Made by a program: the position numbers and the translations under genes. Below, in pieces: positions 18,167-30,561 of a stretch of DNA of 64,000 nucleotides; within the stretch, counting starts at the first letter, position 1; each line of letters opens with the position of its first letter. This stretch comes from an uncultured Acidobacteriota bacterium (GTDB taxonomy: Bacteria > Acidobacteriota > Terriglobia > Terriglobales > Acidobacteriaceae), in the NCBI GenBank assembly GCA_963771195.1, contig CAVYSS010000020.1:43486-107485 (forward strand), given 5' to 3'. The notes under the pieces were generated by a model that searched no databases, had not been told where the DNA came from, and was given only the letters and a program-made list of their open reading frames with translations.

Positions 18167-19948
18167 ATGTCCGATTTCGCCGCCACCGTGAAGCAACAGG
18201 CCGACATCGTCAAGATCGTCGAGGGCTACATCCGTCTGCGCAAGGCGGGCGCGCAGAATTACACCGGGCTCTGCCCATTTCACAAGGAAAAATCGCCGTC
18301 GTTTAATGTGAACGCCGTGCGCCAGTTCTACTACTGCTTCGGCTGCCAGGCCACCGGCGACGTGTTCACCTTCGTGGGCAAGATGGAGAATGCCGGATTT
18401 CCTGAGGCCGTCCGGCTGGTGGCGCAGAAATGCGGCATTCCCATGCCGAAACGCGAGTACTCGTCGCCCGAAGAAGCCGCCGAGGCTCGCCTGCGACGCA
18501 AGCTTTTGGATTTGCACGAGACCGCGACGGCTTGGTTTGAAGAGCGGCTACGCGGCCCTGAAGGCGCCGTGGCGCGCGAGTACCTGGCCGGCCGCGGCCT
18601 GACGCCCGAGGGAATCAAGACCTTCCGCATCGGCTACGCGCCCGACAGCTTCAACGCCCTGCGCGATGCGCTAAGTCCGATGGCCGACGCCGAAACTCTG
18701 CGCGCCTCCGGACTGTTCAGCCAGAAGGAGCACGAGGACGGTTCGCTTGGGGCAATCTACGATCGTTTCCGCAAGCGGGTTGTGTTTCCCATCGCGAATG
18801 AGGGCGGTCGCGTGATCGCCTTCACCGCCAGGACGCTCGAAACCGGCGAGAAGGCTGGGGCCAAGTACATCAATTCGCCGGAGACGCCGCTTTATTCGAA
18901 GGGGCACGTGCTTTTTAATCTGGATAAGGCCAAGGCCGCTATCCGGCAAATCGAATTCGCGGTGCTGGTGGAAGGCCAGATGGACTGCATCTCGGTTTAC
19001 CTGCGCGGCATTCAGAACGTGATCGCCACCAGCGGCACCGCGTTCACTGGGCACCAAGTGGCGCTGCTCCGGCGCCACACATCCCAGCTTGTGGTCAATT
19101 TCGATCCCGACGCCGCGGGCGCCAATGCCGCCGAGAAATCCATCGCTCTGCTGACTGAAGAGGGCTTTACGATCAAGATCGTCACTCTGGAAGACGGCCT
19201 GGATCCCGACCGCTACATCCGCGAGCGTGGCTTGGAAGCCTATACGCGTGCGATCCGCGGCGCCCGCCGCCAGTCCGACTACCTAATTGAGCGCGCCCGC
19301 ATGCTTTTTCCCGGCGCCACCGCGGAGCAGAAGGTCAAGGCCATGAACTTCCTGCTGCCACACATCCGTCGCATTCCGGAGAAGCTGGCGCGCGACCAGT
19401 TCGCCGGCGATGCGGCGCAGAAACTCGGCATCGACTCCACCATCCTGCGCGAACAGCTCCGCCAGGCCGCGCTGCGCCGCCAGGACCACGTTGAAGTGCG
19501 CGCCGCGGCGCTGACTGAAGTGGAGCGGGTGCTGCTGCGGGCGCTCTCCATCGTCGATCCCGAGCACCAGGACGCGCGAGCCCTTGCCGCTGGAGCTATT
19601 CTTCAGGAACCGGCTTGGTTTGAGTCGCTTACGACGTTTCCGGCGATGCAGGCGCTGGCCGTCCGCCGCGCCCAGGATCCCATGGAAACCGTCACCGACG
19701 AGTCCCAGCGGGGACTGCTGGCCCAGGCGCTGCTCGGCGAAACTCAGGTCCCTACCGAAGCTGAAGTTTCGAGCTCCATTCAGCAGGCGCAGGAAGCGGC
19801 CATTGAACGCCGTCAGAGAGAGCTGCGCGCGCTTATTGCCGAGGCCGAGCGCCGCGGAGATTTCGCTGAGCTGGCGGTGTTGACGCAGCAAAAACTGGAA
19901 TTGGACCGGGCGCTGAGGGAGCTACACAACCAGCACCCGCCGGAGTGA
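18167..19948 (+). CDS. dnaG: DNA primase
   Basis: Zinc ribbon CPFHKEKSPSFNVN...YYCFGCQATGDVFTF. TOPRIM region (VLVEGQMDCIS, VVNFDPDAAG). Located upstream of rpoD, the classic arrangement. Confidence 0.96.
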   Translation: MSDFAATVKQQADIVKIVEGYIRLRKAGAQNYTGLCPFHKEKSPSFNVNAVRQFYYCFGCQATGDVFTFVGKMENAGFPEAVRLVAQKCGIPMPKREYSSPEEAAEARLRRKLLDLHETATAWFEERLRGPEGAVAREYLAGRGLTPEGIKTFRIGYAPDSFNALRDALSPMADAETLRASGLFSQKEHEDGSLGAIYDRFRKRVVFPIANEGGRVIAFTARTLETGEKAGAKYINSPETPLYSKGHVLFNLDKAKAAIRQIEFAVLVEGQMDCISVYLRGIQNVIATSGTAFTGHQVALLRRHTSQLVVNFDPDAAGANAAEKSIALLTEEGFTIKIVTLEDGLDPDRYIRERGLEAYTRAIRGARRQSDYLIERARMLFPGATAEQKVKAMNFLLPHIRRIPEKLARDQFAGDAAQKLGIDSTILREQLRQAALRRQDHVEVRAAALTEVERVLLRALSIVDPEHQDARALAAGAILQEPAWFESLTTFPAMQALAVRRAQDPMETVTDESQRGLLAQALLGETQVPTEAEVSSSIQQAQEAAIERRQRELRALIAEAERRGDFAELAVLTQQKLELDRALRELHNQHPPE

Positions 19949-19996
19949 GGGCGCGCACGGATTCTTCGCGTGCTTTCTGAAACGGGGTGGAAAAAG

Positions 19997-20404
19997 TCAG
20001 CGCTCCGACTTCCGGATTACCAGCTTTAAGCCGGACCAGACGGCATCGACGGCGCAGACCTTGATATCGACGAGACCTAGGGGGAGGGCTTCGGCGCGCA
20101 CCACATCCTCCGTGACATCGGTAGCCATTTTGGATGATTTCTTGGGCCACGAAACCCACAGGATGCCGTTTGGGGCCAGCAACTTACGGAGCTTCGCTAG
20201 GTGCTGGGCGAGCTCCGCGCGGCGGGTGACAAAAATGTGCGCCATTTCAACGCCGGACTGGGGCGTGCGGAGAAGGGAGGGCCAAAGCCCTGAGTCATCG
20301 ATCTCCTTGGCCACGCTCTCCGGCATGCGATAGCGCCAGGTGAGCTGGCCGGATTTGACGCCGAGCTTCTGGGCAAGCGGGGTTCTCGAATATCCGGCTG
20401 GCAT
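19997..20404 (-). CDS. DUF3052-like protein
   Basis: ORF trimmed to MPAGYSRTPLAQKLGVKSG. ILWVSWPKK...TEDVVR pattern as in DUF3052 family proteins (recognised from memory). Confidence 0.65.
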   Translation of the reverse strand: MPAGYSRTPLAQKLGVKSGQLTWRYRMPESVAKEIDDSGLWPSLLRTPQSGVEMAHIFVTRRAELAQHLAKLRKLLAPNGILWVSWPKKSSKMATDVTEDVVRAEALPLGLVDIKVCAVDAVWSGLKLVIRKSER

Positions 20405-21006
20405 GGAAGTCCTTTGTACCTGATGAAACCGGGCATCCTGGACGTTGGCAAGCAAAAACCGCGAAGATGAGGATTCGGGACCGTGTTTGATTGAATTCCT
20501 GAGCCGAATTCGATCGTAAACGCGTCTATATCAACAGGAGGCGAAGGCGAGGACGGTGGCGCCGTGGCACAACGGGCAGCCGCACCCTCAAAGCCATCGC
20601 TTGCGGGCCGGATTTCTCTGTTTGAGATCGGGTCGGGCTGTGGTAATCTGTTGATCTCTGTAGGGATGCGCGCCCCCTTTGCCCCACACATGAGCTGCGG
20701 CTCGCGGGCTAACCAGGCGAAACCTGAAGCGTTGCCATCCTGTTCCGAGCAACCACTTTGAACCGCAACTTTTGCGGCTTGACCGCAGGTCTCTCCGCGC
20801 GCCGGTACACCATTTCGGCGCGGCATGAGACCTGGGCCAGCTCAGCAATGCGTGCGAACCGGCACGCATGAAAACCGTTTGTCCGGCGGGCGCATCCCGT
20901 CAAGGCAAGAGCACCGAGGGTCAACAACAAAAGGGGCCCCCACCATTGCGCGTGCAGCACGGCGGGACGAGAACTTTTCGGAAGCGACCTGGAAAGCAGG
21001 ATTGAT

Positions 21007-22695
<1,689 letters not shown>

Positions 22696-22716
22696 GCCGA
22701 CAGAACATCAATAGAT

Positions 22717-22754
22717 GAGCGCCGCAAGCCTTCGGGTTGCGGCGCTCTTTTTTT
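22717..22754 (+). terminator. Rho-independent terminator of rpoD
   Basis: GAGCGCCGCAAGCC-TTCG-GGTTGCGGCGCTC stem-loop followed by TTTTTTT. Confidence 0.85.
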
Positions 22755-22767
22755 GCGGCAGACACGA

Positions 22768-22995
22768 CTAGAACCCGTAATTCTTTTTCCGCAGCGCGTT
22801 CTTATAGGCGTCGCGTGTCTTCTTGGCCGTCAATTCGGCGTCGTGCATTTTGAATCCGGCGTCGTCCCACAGTTCCATCTCCCGCATGGAGTGGTCTTCG
22901 TTGGCCAGAGCTTCTTCCCTGCGAATCGCATCCACCCAGGCGTCCACGGCTGCCCGGTACTCGTGAAGCAGCTTGTCGAAATCGATGGTTTCCAT
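22768..22995 (-). CDS. Hypothetical small helical protein
   Basis: ORF 22768..23031 trimmed to [13 protein letters not shown]. Charged helical composition with no recognised family. Confidence 0.5.
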   Translation of the reverse strand: METIDFDKLLHEYRAAVDAWVDAIRREEALANEDHSMREMELWDDAGFKMHDAELTAKKTRDAYKNALRKKNYGF

Positions 22996-23215
22996 GAACG
23001 AAAACCTAGCCGGAGGATCATCGCATGTCAATCAAGCGTCACCCGGATTTACAGGAAATTGACGAGGACGCCAACAGGATAGATGCCGGAGGCGACTCCC
23101 AGCGTTTCGTTCCCCAAACTTCGAATGTGAACGCGGAATAGAAGCCCGGATCCTGCTCAGACCGTGTCACGTAACGCAGCCGAAGGCTTCGGCTTCTCTT
23201 TTGCGCCTTCCGATA

Positions 23216-23245
23216 TTGACTTATTTAAGTCGCATCACTTAGACT
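23216..23245 (+). promoter_or_regulatory. Promoter candidate for vapBC (would give a leaderless or near-leaderless vapB mRNA)
   Basis: TTGACT (23216-23221), 18-nt spacer, TAGACT (23240-23245). The vapB ATG at 23253 lies 7 nt after the -10 element and has no SD. Confidence 0.35.
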
Positions 23246-23252
23246 CAATGGC

Positions 23253-23504
23253 ATGGAGCCGAAGGCAATTCGCACCTCAATTGATGTTCCGCGCGACCTG
23301 CATCGCCGGCTGCACGAAGCTGCTGCGCGGAAAGGGTGCTCCGCGCGCAAGCTGATCCTCGCCGGCATTGAGCGCGAAGTCGAGGAAGCTAAGTCAATGA
23401 GGCCGAAGCGGAGGCTCAAGCTCGATCCTCCGCTGATTCGCCCCGCTGGCCGGCACCTCGATCTCACCAATGAAAGAATCTATGAGCTCATTGAGCTTCC
23501 CTGA
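23253..23504 (+). CDS. vapB: Type II antitoxin, ribbon-helix-helix (VapB-like)
   Basis: RTSIDVPRDLHRRLHEAAARKGCSARKLILAGI RHH fold signature. C-terminal LDLTNERIYELIELP tail typical of VapB partners. Overlaps the PIN gene. Confidence 0.85.
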   Translation: MEPKAIRTSIDVPRDLHRRLHEAAARKGCSARKLILAGIEREVEEAKSMRPKRRLKLDPPLIRPAGRHLDLTNERIYELIELP

Positions 23505-23907
23505 TTTGAACGTCTGGCTGGCGCTCGCGACACCGGAGCACGTTCATCACGCGATAGCGAAGAACTGGTGGAACGAGCAGGACGGATCGATCGCGTTCTG
23601 CCGTTTGTCGCAGCTTGGATTCCTGCGCCTCCTCACCACGGCCGCCGCAATGGATAACAAGCCGCTCACTATTGCGGAGGCTTGGCGAGTCTATGACCGC
23701 TTCTTCGATGATGACCGAGTTGTCTTCGTGGCAGAACCGTCCGAAGTAGAGAAAATCTTCCGTAAGAAGACCTCTGGACGAACTGTTTCTCCGAAGATCT
23801 GGGCCGACGCATGGCTCCTTGCCACGGCAGAAGCTGCCGGTGGTAAGTTGGTGACATTCGACAAAGCGCTTGCCGAACGGGGAGCAGTTTGCTTATTGCC
23901 CAGGTGA
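23482..23907 (+). CDS. vapC: PIN-domain toxin (VapC-like ribonuclease)
   Basis: N-terminal D of DLNVWLAL, HVHH...WW motif, C-terminal DAWLLATAEAAGGKLVTFD acidic-residue pattern. Start uncertain (ATG 23470/23482 or TTG 23491). Confidence 0.85.
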   Translation: MSSLSFPDLNVWLALATPEHVHHAIAKNWWNEQDGSIAFCRLSQLGFLRLLTTAAAMDNKPLTIAEAWRVYDRFFDDDRVVFVAEPSEVEKIFRKKTSGRTVSPKIWADAWLLATAEAAGGKLVTFDKALAERGAVCLLPR

Positions 23908-23917
23908 AATCGGGCCG

Positions 23918-26627
23918 CTACTCGAACCGCAGCGCCTCCATCGGGTGCACGTGCGCCGCTCTCCGCGCCGGCAGCACGCAGGCCAGCACCGCAACCGAAA
24001 CCAACGCTGCCAGGCTGGCGGCGCACAGCCACGGGTCGAGCGGCTTGACCCCGTAGAGCAGCGTCTCCAGCAGCCGCGTCGCGCCCCACACGCCTGCCGC
24101 GCCCAGCACCACTCCCGGCAGCACCAGGCGCATGGCCTCGCGCAGAATCATCTTCACCACGCCGCCCGGCGTCGCCCCCAGCGCCATGCGCACGCCGATC
24201 TCCGTCCGCCGCCGGACTACGCCGTAATTCAGTACGCCGTAAAGGCCAATGCCCGTGAGCGCCAGCGTGAGCAGCGCAAAGAAGCCAGAGAGCAACGCCA
24301 CCATTCGCTCCCGGCCCATCGTGCTCGCCACCAGTTCGCGCATGGTTACCGGCTTGTCCACGGCCACGTCCGGGGCCAGCTCGCGGAACGCGTTCCTCAC
24401 CGCACTCACCGCCGTGCCGGCATCCCGCGCGCGTACCTCGAAACTCGCGAAAGGGTTCCACATTGCGCCCTGGAGGAACGGTTGGTACATCATGCGCGGC
24501 GCCTTCTGCCGCAGGTCGTTGTAGAGCGTGTCCCGCACCACGCCCACAACGCGGACCTTCGTGTCCTTGCCCAGCAACAGGGTGCCTCCAACCGCATTCT
24601 CGCCGGGGAAAAAGTACTCCGCCGCGCTTCGGCTCAGCATGCAGACCGCATCGTCGTCTCCCTTGTCGTCCCGCGTGAAATACCGGCCGGCAAGCAGCGG
24701 CACGCCGAACACGTCAAAGTAACCCGGCGTCACCGAAAGCTGCGTCAGGCTGTCGTCGGTCCTGGTGCCGCCCGAGGCCGGCTGCGACGAAACCTGCTCC
24801 ATGTAGGTCGCGCCCCCCAGCGGATACGTTTGGGAAACGCTGACGCCCTCCACTCCGGGCGTGCGCTGAATGCGGTCCAACAACGAAAGGAACAGCGCCG
24901 CCGGAACTGGTACCGGCTTATTCTCCGCCCTCGGCATGCGCGGTGAGAAATCCGCGTTCAGAAACGTAATGCCGCTGGTGCGAAAGCCCGGATCGACTGC
25001 CAGCAGACGCGCCACCGTCGACCCCATCAGCGCCGCGATGGTCACGATCACCAGCGAGAATGCAATCTGCACCGGTACCAGCCACGCACCCATGCCCGTC
25101 CTTCTGCGCCCGGCGATCGAGCCTTCGCCTTCCTTGATGTCCGCCGCCGGATCCACCCTGCTGGCGCGCCACGCGGGCCACACCCCGGACAAGATCACCA
25201 CCAGCCCCATCAGTCCAAGCGTGAACAGCAGCACGATAGCGCCGGGTCCCGCGTGCAACTCCAACGTGTCGGTCGACAACCTCTTCATCAGCATCGCCAG
25301 CGCGCGCTCCGCGCCCCACGCAAACAGGATCCCCAGCCCGCCTCCTGCCGCAGCCAGCAGCACGCTTTCCCAGGTCAGCTGCGACCGCTACGCGGCTGCG
25401 GCTTGCGCCCAGCGCCATGCGCACTGCCAGTTCCCGCCGCCGCCCTTGTGCCCGCGCCGTCGCCAGCATGGCCAGGAAGGCGCACGCCACCAGCAGCAAC
25501 GAGGCCACCATCCCTTCCATCAGGTAAAGCGGCTTCTCGTAGGCAAAGCGCAGATAGGAATAGCCCGCCCGGCCCGGCCGCGCCACCACGTGCGCCTCGG
25601 TCGCCTCGACGAACTTGCCTCCCACAAACGTGAAGTAGCGCAGCCTCTTATCGGTTTTCCGCTTGGCCTGGAACAGGGTGTCCGCTTCCGCCTGCGCCGA
25701 CTGCGGCTGCACACCGTCTTTCAGCCTGCCCAGAAGAACCGTGTCGAACGAACTCAGATTGTGGTTTTTCTGCGCGTCTGTCATCTCCAGCGGAACGTAA
25801 ATGTCAGGCCGTCCGCCAACCTCCACATCGTCGAACCCCGGCTGCATGACCCCGACCACGATGCCTTTCGCCGCGGCGGCCCTGAGCCCGGCGCCAAACT
25901 CCATCACGCGTCCGATCACCTTCGGATCGGCGCCGAAGTGCGTGCGCCAGTAGTCATACCCGAGCACAACGGGATAGCCTTCCGGCAGGCCGCCTGGTTT
26001 GTCGTCTGCATCTTCCAGCAGCCGGCCGAGGGCCGCGTGCACGCCCAGCATGCGCATGCAGCCGCCGGTCAACGACGCCGCGGAAACTGGCCGCGTTCCG
26101 TCCGCCTCGTGCAGATTTACGTCCTGGTGCTGCCAGCCGCACATTCCGCTGAACGAGGTTTGCGTATTGGAGATCAGGTCGAACATTCCATCCGACACGT
26201 TGGGGCTCGGCTCGCCGATGGCGCCGTTCGGACCGGAAAGCTGTAGCTCGAGCTGGACAATCTGGTCCGGGCGCTCCACCGGCAGGCTGCGCAGCAGCAG
26301 CGCATAGAACAGGCCGAAGATCGCAGTATTCGCGCCTACGGCAATGGCCAGCGTCAGCAGCGCGGTGATCGTGTAGCCGGGGCTTTTGCGCAACTGCCGC
26401 ATCGCGTAGCGAACATCCTGCCAGAGCCGTTCCAGCCACTCCCAACCCCACTCACCCCGCGTCACGTCGGCCACCAGCGGCGGATTGCCCATCTCCCGCA
26501 CCGCCGCCGCCCGCGCATCCTCCAGCGGTTCGCCCTGCGCTACGCGGTCTGCAACCGCCATGCGCAGATGCGCCTCAAGCTCCTCGGCCAAATCGTCCTT
26601 GCGCCGCTCCCAGTTCCAAAGCTTCAT
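23918..26627 (-). pseudogene. ADOP-type (MacB/FtsX-like duplicated) ABC permease, interrupted by one frameshift
   Basis: ORFs 24918..26627 and 23918..25363 are the N- and C-halves of one permease. The first half has WLERLWQDVRYAMRQLRKSPGYT plus the first FtsX domain, and the second FtsX domain ends RRAAHVHPMEALRFE. Total span is 2710 nt (3n+1). Frames join at RMALGASRSRVA|(g)|SQLTWESVLLAAAGGG around 25382-25391. Confidence 0.85.
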
Positions 26628-26654
26628 ACGTGCCTCTGGTGACTCGCTGGCTTG

Positions 26655-27011
26655 CTAACTTGCTGACTCGCTCTCCATCACCGCTCCAATGGCCCGCACC
26701 ATCGCCTGCCAGCGCTCATGGTCTGCGGCCAGTTGTTCCTTGCCCTTCTTCGTGATCTGGTAAAACTTGGCGCGCTGGCGGCTCTCGGTCATCTTCCATT
26801 CCGACTTGACCCACTTCTGCCGCTCCAGCCGGTGCAGCGCCGGATAGAGCGATCCGGTCTCCACCTGCAGCACTTCATTGGACTTCAGGCGAATCGACTG
26901 GGCGATGCCGTACCCGTGCATCGCTCCCCACTGCAGCGCCTGCAGAATGAGCATGTCCAGCGTTCCCTGCAGCAGCTCGATCCGGTTCTTGTAGCTTTCA
27001 GCTGAATTCAT
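26655..27011 (-). CDS. PadR-family transcriptional regulator
   Basis: LQGTLDMLILQAL..HGYGIAQSI......GSLYPALHRLERQKWV...KFYQITKKG is a canonical PadR winged helix. Sits immediately upstream of the ADOP permease. Confidence 0.93.
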   Translation of the reverse strand: MNSAESYKNRIELLQGTLDMLILQALQWGAMHGYGIAQSIRLKSNEVLQVETGSLYPALHRLERQKWVKSEWKMTESRQRAKFYQITKKGKEQLAADHERWQAMVRAIGAVMESESAS

Positions 27012-27099
27012 AAGGATGTAGGCACTCTACACCCAAGGCCGTAGTTTGTCTACAGCCATCGCGACCGGATAGCCCCGACAGCGCCAATCACATGGCTGC

Positions 27100-28809
27100 T
27101 TACGGCCGGTTGCCAGGACCGCGAAGCACTTGACCGGGAAGCTTGCCCGTCATTTTACCGTCGGCGATCACGGGCACGCCATTCACAAGGACATATTCCA
27201 TTCCCTGAGAAAGCTGATTGGGTTGCTCGTAAGTGGCGAGGTCGCGGATGGTCGCCGGATCGAAGATGACCACGTCGGCCCACATTCCCTTTTTCAGAGC
27301 GCCGCGATCCGTGAGTCGCATGCGTTGCGCGGGCAGCGCGGAAAATTTGCGGATGGCGTCGGGCAGCGTGAGCAGGTGCTCCTCACGCACGTACTTGCGC
27401 AGGATGCGCGGGAACGTGCCGTAAGCGCGTGGATGCGGATGTTCCTCACCGAGCAGGCCATCGGGCGATGTGGCCTGCGAATCGTTGTCGATAGAGGCCC
27501 AGGGCTGCTCGAGCGCGAGTTCCACATCGGGCTCGCTCATGGCGAACACGGCGACGGAAGTAAAGGCGTTGTCCTTGATCAGAAAATCGCAGAGCGCGTC
27601 AATCGGATCCTCGTGCCACTCCGCGGCGACTTCAGAGAGGCGCTTGCCCTGATACTTCCGCAGGTCTGGATTCTGGACGACTGCGATTTCGATGGCGTCG
27701 GGGTTGGGGATTTCCTGCCATTCGTTGTCCCAGTCGCCGTTTGGGTTCAGCATGTCGGCGCGGATGCGGGCGCGCGCAGCAGGATCTTTCAGCCGCTGGA
27801 TGAGCGCGGCATCGCCGCCATCATGCGCCCACGGAGGAATGAACGCGGAAAACGTGTTGAACCACGCGGTGTAGGCGTAAGTGTTGGCGCTGATGTCGAT
27901 GCCCGCGGCGCGGGCGGCGTCGATCTGCGCAACAATCTGCGGCATCTTGCCGAAATTGCGCTTGCCCGCGGTCTTCAGGTGCCAGATCTCGACCGGGATG
28001 TGTGCTTCCCGTCCAATGCGGATAGCCTCGTCGATGGCCTGGGGCTCGGTGTCGCCTTCGCTGCGCATGTGCGTGGCGTAGATGCCACCGAAAGGCGCGG
28101 CCGCTTGTGCCAGAGCGATGAGCTCATCGGTTTTTGCGTATGGCGCGGGCGCGTACTGAAGAGCCGTGGAAACGCCGACTGCGCCGTCCAGCATTGCCCG
28201 GCGGACCAGGGACTGCATCTGCGCGATCTGCGCGGCGGTGGGATGTACATCGGCGTCGCCGAGTACTACACGTCGCACGCTTGTAGCGCCCACGTAACTG
28301 GCGAGATTGATCCCCATTCCCTGGCGTTCGATCCGGGCGAAGTATTGGCGGAAGGTCGTCCAGTCAGGGGTGATCTTCAGGTGTTCGTACTCGGCGCGAT
28401 CGGCGGCGATCATGCGCGCAGTGAGCGGCGCCACCGAATCGCCCTCGCCGGTGATCTCAGTGGTGATGCCCTGGTAGATCTTCGAGGGCAGTCGCGGATC
28501 GACCAGCATGCTGAGCTCGGATTGCCCGAGCATGTCGATGAACCCCGGCGCAACCACCATCCCGTGCGCATCGATGGTCTGGCGTCGCGGCGCGTGGTCG
28601 AGCACGCCGATGGCGGCGATGTGGCCGTCGCGGATGCCAATGTCGGCTGAGTACCAGGGGGAGCCGGTGCCGTCAATGATGTGGCCGTGGGTGATGACGA
28701 TGTCGAAGGGCTGAGACGGCGACGCGCCGTTGCGGTCCTGCGCAGGAAGCAGTCCAAGCGAAGCAACAAATAGGAAAACGGCGGTCAGGCGCATGCGGTT
28801 CTCCGGCAT
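27100..28809 (-). CDS. N-acyl-D-amino-acid deacylase family amidohydrolase (secreted)
   Basis: Signal peptide. DIVITHGHIIDGTGSPWYSADIGIRDGHIAAIG...VVAPGFIDMLGQSE and QGITTEITGEG blocks typical of the D-aminoacylase/COG3653 family. Confidence 0.85.
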   Translation of the reverse strand: MPENRMRLTAVFLFVASLGLLPAQDRNGASPSQPFDIVITHGHIIDGTGSPWYSADIGIRDGHIAAIGVLDHAPRRQTIDAHGMVVAPGFIDMLGQSELSMLVDPRLPSKIYQGITTEITGEGDSVAPLTARMIAADRAEYEHLKITPDWTTFRQYFARIERQGMGINLASYVGATSVRRVVLGDADVHPTAAQIAQMQSLVRRAMLDGAVGVSTALQYAPAPYAKTDELIALAQAAAPFGGIYATHMRSEGDTEPQAIDEAIRIGREAHIPVEIWHLKTAGKRNFGKMPQIVAQIDAARAAGIDISANTYAYTAWFNTFSAFIPPWAHDGGDAALIQRLKDPAARARIRADMLNPNGDWDNEWQEIPNPDAIEIAVVQNPDLRKYQGKRLSEVAAEWHEDPIDALCDFLIKDNAFTSVAVFAMSEPDVELALEQPWASIDNDSQATSPDGLLGEEHPHPRAYGTFPRILRKYVREEHLLTLPDAIRKFSALPAQRMRLTDRGALKKGMWADVVIFDPATIRDLATYEQPNQLSQGMEYVLVNGVPVIADGKMTGKLPGQVLRGPGNRP

Positions 28810-30501
28810 CTACTCATCGGTGACGCAGCCGAAGCTGGCGCTTTGCACTGCACGGATGTACTTCGCCAATGTGCCTCGGGTCGCCTTGTACGGCGGCATC
28901 CGCCAATCCTTCTTCCGTTTTGCCAGTTCGCCGTCAGTTAAACCAACAGAGATTTGGTTCATGCTCGCGTCAATCACTATCGGATCGCCATCCTCAATGA
29001 GAGCAATGGGGCCGCCTACCTGCGCCTCCGGTGTAACGTGACCGACGATGAAGCCGTGAGAGCCGCCGGAAAAACGCCCGTCGGTCATGAGCGCTACATC
29101 TTTCCCAAGCCCGGCTCCAACAATCGCCGAAGTGGGCGTCAGCATCTCCGGCATGCCAGGGCCGCCTTTGGGTCCTTCGTAGCGAATTACCACCACGTCG
29201 CCCTTTTGAATCTTGCCTTCTTCAAGAGCCTGCAACATCAGCTCTTCCGAATCGAATACTCTTGCCGGTCCGGAAAAACGCAATCCTTCCTTCCCCGTGA
29301 TCTTCGCAACCGCACCGTCCGGAGCCAGATTTCCGCGAAGGATTTGAAGATGGCTGGTCTGCTTGAGCGGATTCGAGAGCGGCCTCACAATCTGTTGACC
29401 CGATTTGAGGCCTGGCAGATCGGACAGGTTCTCCGCCATGGTTCTGCCCGTCACTGTCAGACAATCCCCATGAAGCAACCCGGCTTCCAGCAGCAGCTTG
29501 CATACAGCGGGAAGACCGCCGATCTGGTGCAGGTCTTCCATCACATACGAGCCGCTGGGCTTGAAGTCGGCGAGAAGCGGAGTGCGATTGCTGATCGCCT
29601 GGAAGTCGTCAATCGTGAGCGGCACATCCACCGATCGCGCCATGGCGATTAAATGAAGCACTGCATTCGTGGATCCGCCCAGCGCGCAGACCACCGTAAT
29701 TGCATTTTCAAAAGCCACCCGCGTCATGATGTCCCGCGGCTTGATGTCGCGCTCGAGCAGAACACGAATCGCCGCACCGGCCTTCAGGCATTCGTCCATC
29801 TTTCCCGGATCCTCCGCCGGTGTGGAGGAGCTATACGGGAGCGTCATGCCCAACGCCTCGATTGCGGAGGCCATCGTATTTGCCGTGTACATCCCGCCGC
29901 AGGCGCCGGTGCCCGGGCAGGAATTCCGTACGATAGCTTGCCGCTGCTGGTCGCTGATGGAATGGGAAATGAACTGGCCGTAACTCTGGAATGCGGAAAT
30001 GATGTCCAGCTTCTCGCCGTTGAGATGCCCGGCCCGGATGGTGCCGCCGTAGATCATCATGCTCGGCCGGTTCAGCCGCCCCATCGCCATCACGCAACCA
30101 GGCATATTCTTGTCGCATCCGGGAATGGAGATGTTCGCGTCATACCACTGGGCCGCCATCACCGTCTCAATGGAATCGGCAATCAGATCCCGCGATTGCA
30201 GCGAGAAACTCATGCCATCGGTCCCCATCGAAATGCCGTCGCTCACCCCGATGGTGTTGAAGCGCAAACCCACCATGCCCGCGGCCTGCACGCCTTGCTT
30301 CACCTTCTCGCTCAATGAAAGCAGGTGCATATTGCACGGGTTGCCTTCGAACCACACGCTGGCAATCCCCACCTGTGGACTTCCCATGTCGGGTTCTTTC
30401 AGGCCGGTTGCGTAAAGCATGGCCTGCGACGCTCCCTGCGATTTTTTCTGAGTGATATGGGAACTGTACTTGTTCAGCGTCTTATCCACGGATGGCTCCA
30501 C
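28810..30501 (-). CDS. ilvD: Dihydroxy-acid dehydratase
   Basis: [10 protein letters not shown]...[26 protein letters not shown] and [12 protein letters not shown]e-S ligand regions. Stop directly abuts the deacylase start. Confidence 0.95.
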   Translation of the reverse strand: MEPSVDKTLNKYSSHITQKKSQGASQAMLYATGLKEPDMGSPQVGIASVWFEGNPCNMHLLSLSEKVKQGVQAAGMVGLRFNTIGVSDGISMGTDGMSFSLQSRDLIADSIETVMAAQWYDANISIPGCDKNMPGCVMAMGRLNRPSMMIYGGTIRAGHLNGEKLDIISAFQSYGQFISHSISDQQRQAIVRNSCPGTGACGGMYTANTMASAIEALGMTLPYSSSTPAEDPGKMDECLKAGAAIRVLLERDIKPRDIMTRVAFENAITVVCALGGSTNAVLHLIAMARSVDVPLTIDDFQAISNRTPLLADFKPSGSYVMEDLHQIGGLPAVCKLLLEAGLLHGDCLTVTGRTMAENLSDLPGLKSGQQIVRPLSNPLKQTSHLQILRGNLAPDGAVAKITGKEGLRFSGPARVFDSEELMLQALEEGKIQKGDVVVIRYEGPKGGPGMPEMLTPTSAIVGAGLGKDVALMTDGRFSGGSHGFIVGHVTPEAQVGGPIALIEDGDPIVIDASMNQISVGLTDGELAKRKKDWRMPPYKATRGTLAKYIRAVQSASFGCVTDE

Positions 30502-30561
30502 AGGGACATGTTCCTTTCCTGAACCGGCGAGTCTTGGGCGCGAACTTTGCTCGGATCAAAT

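Noticed and set aside
24870-26246. 458-aa plus-strand ORF, plus 23870..24946 (358 aa)
   Set aside because: Both are antisense to the ADOP permease halves. They are His/Arg/Pro/Gln-rich with no TM pattern or motif.
27130-28650. 506-aa plus-strand ORF
   Set aside because: Antisense shadow of the D-aminoacylase gene, with no recognisable domain.
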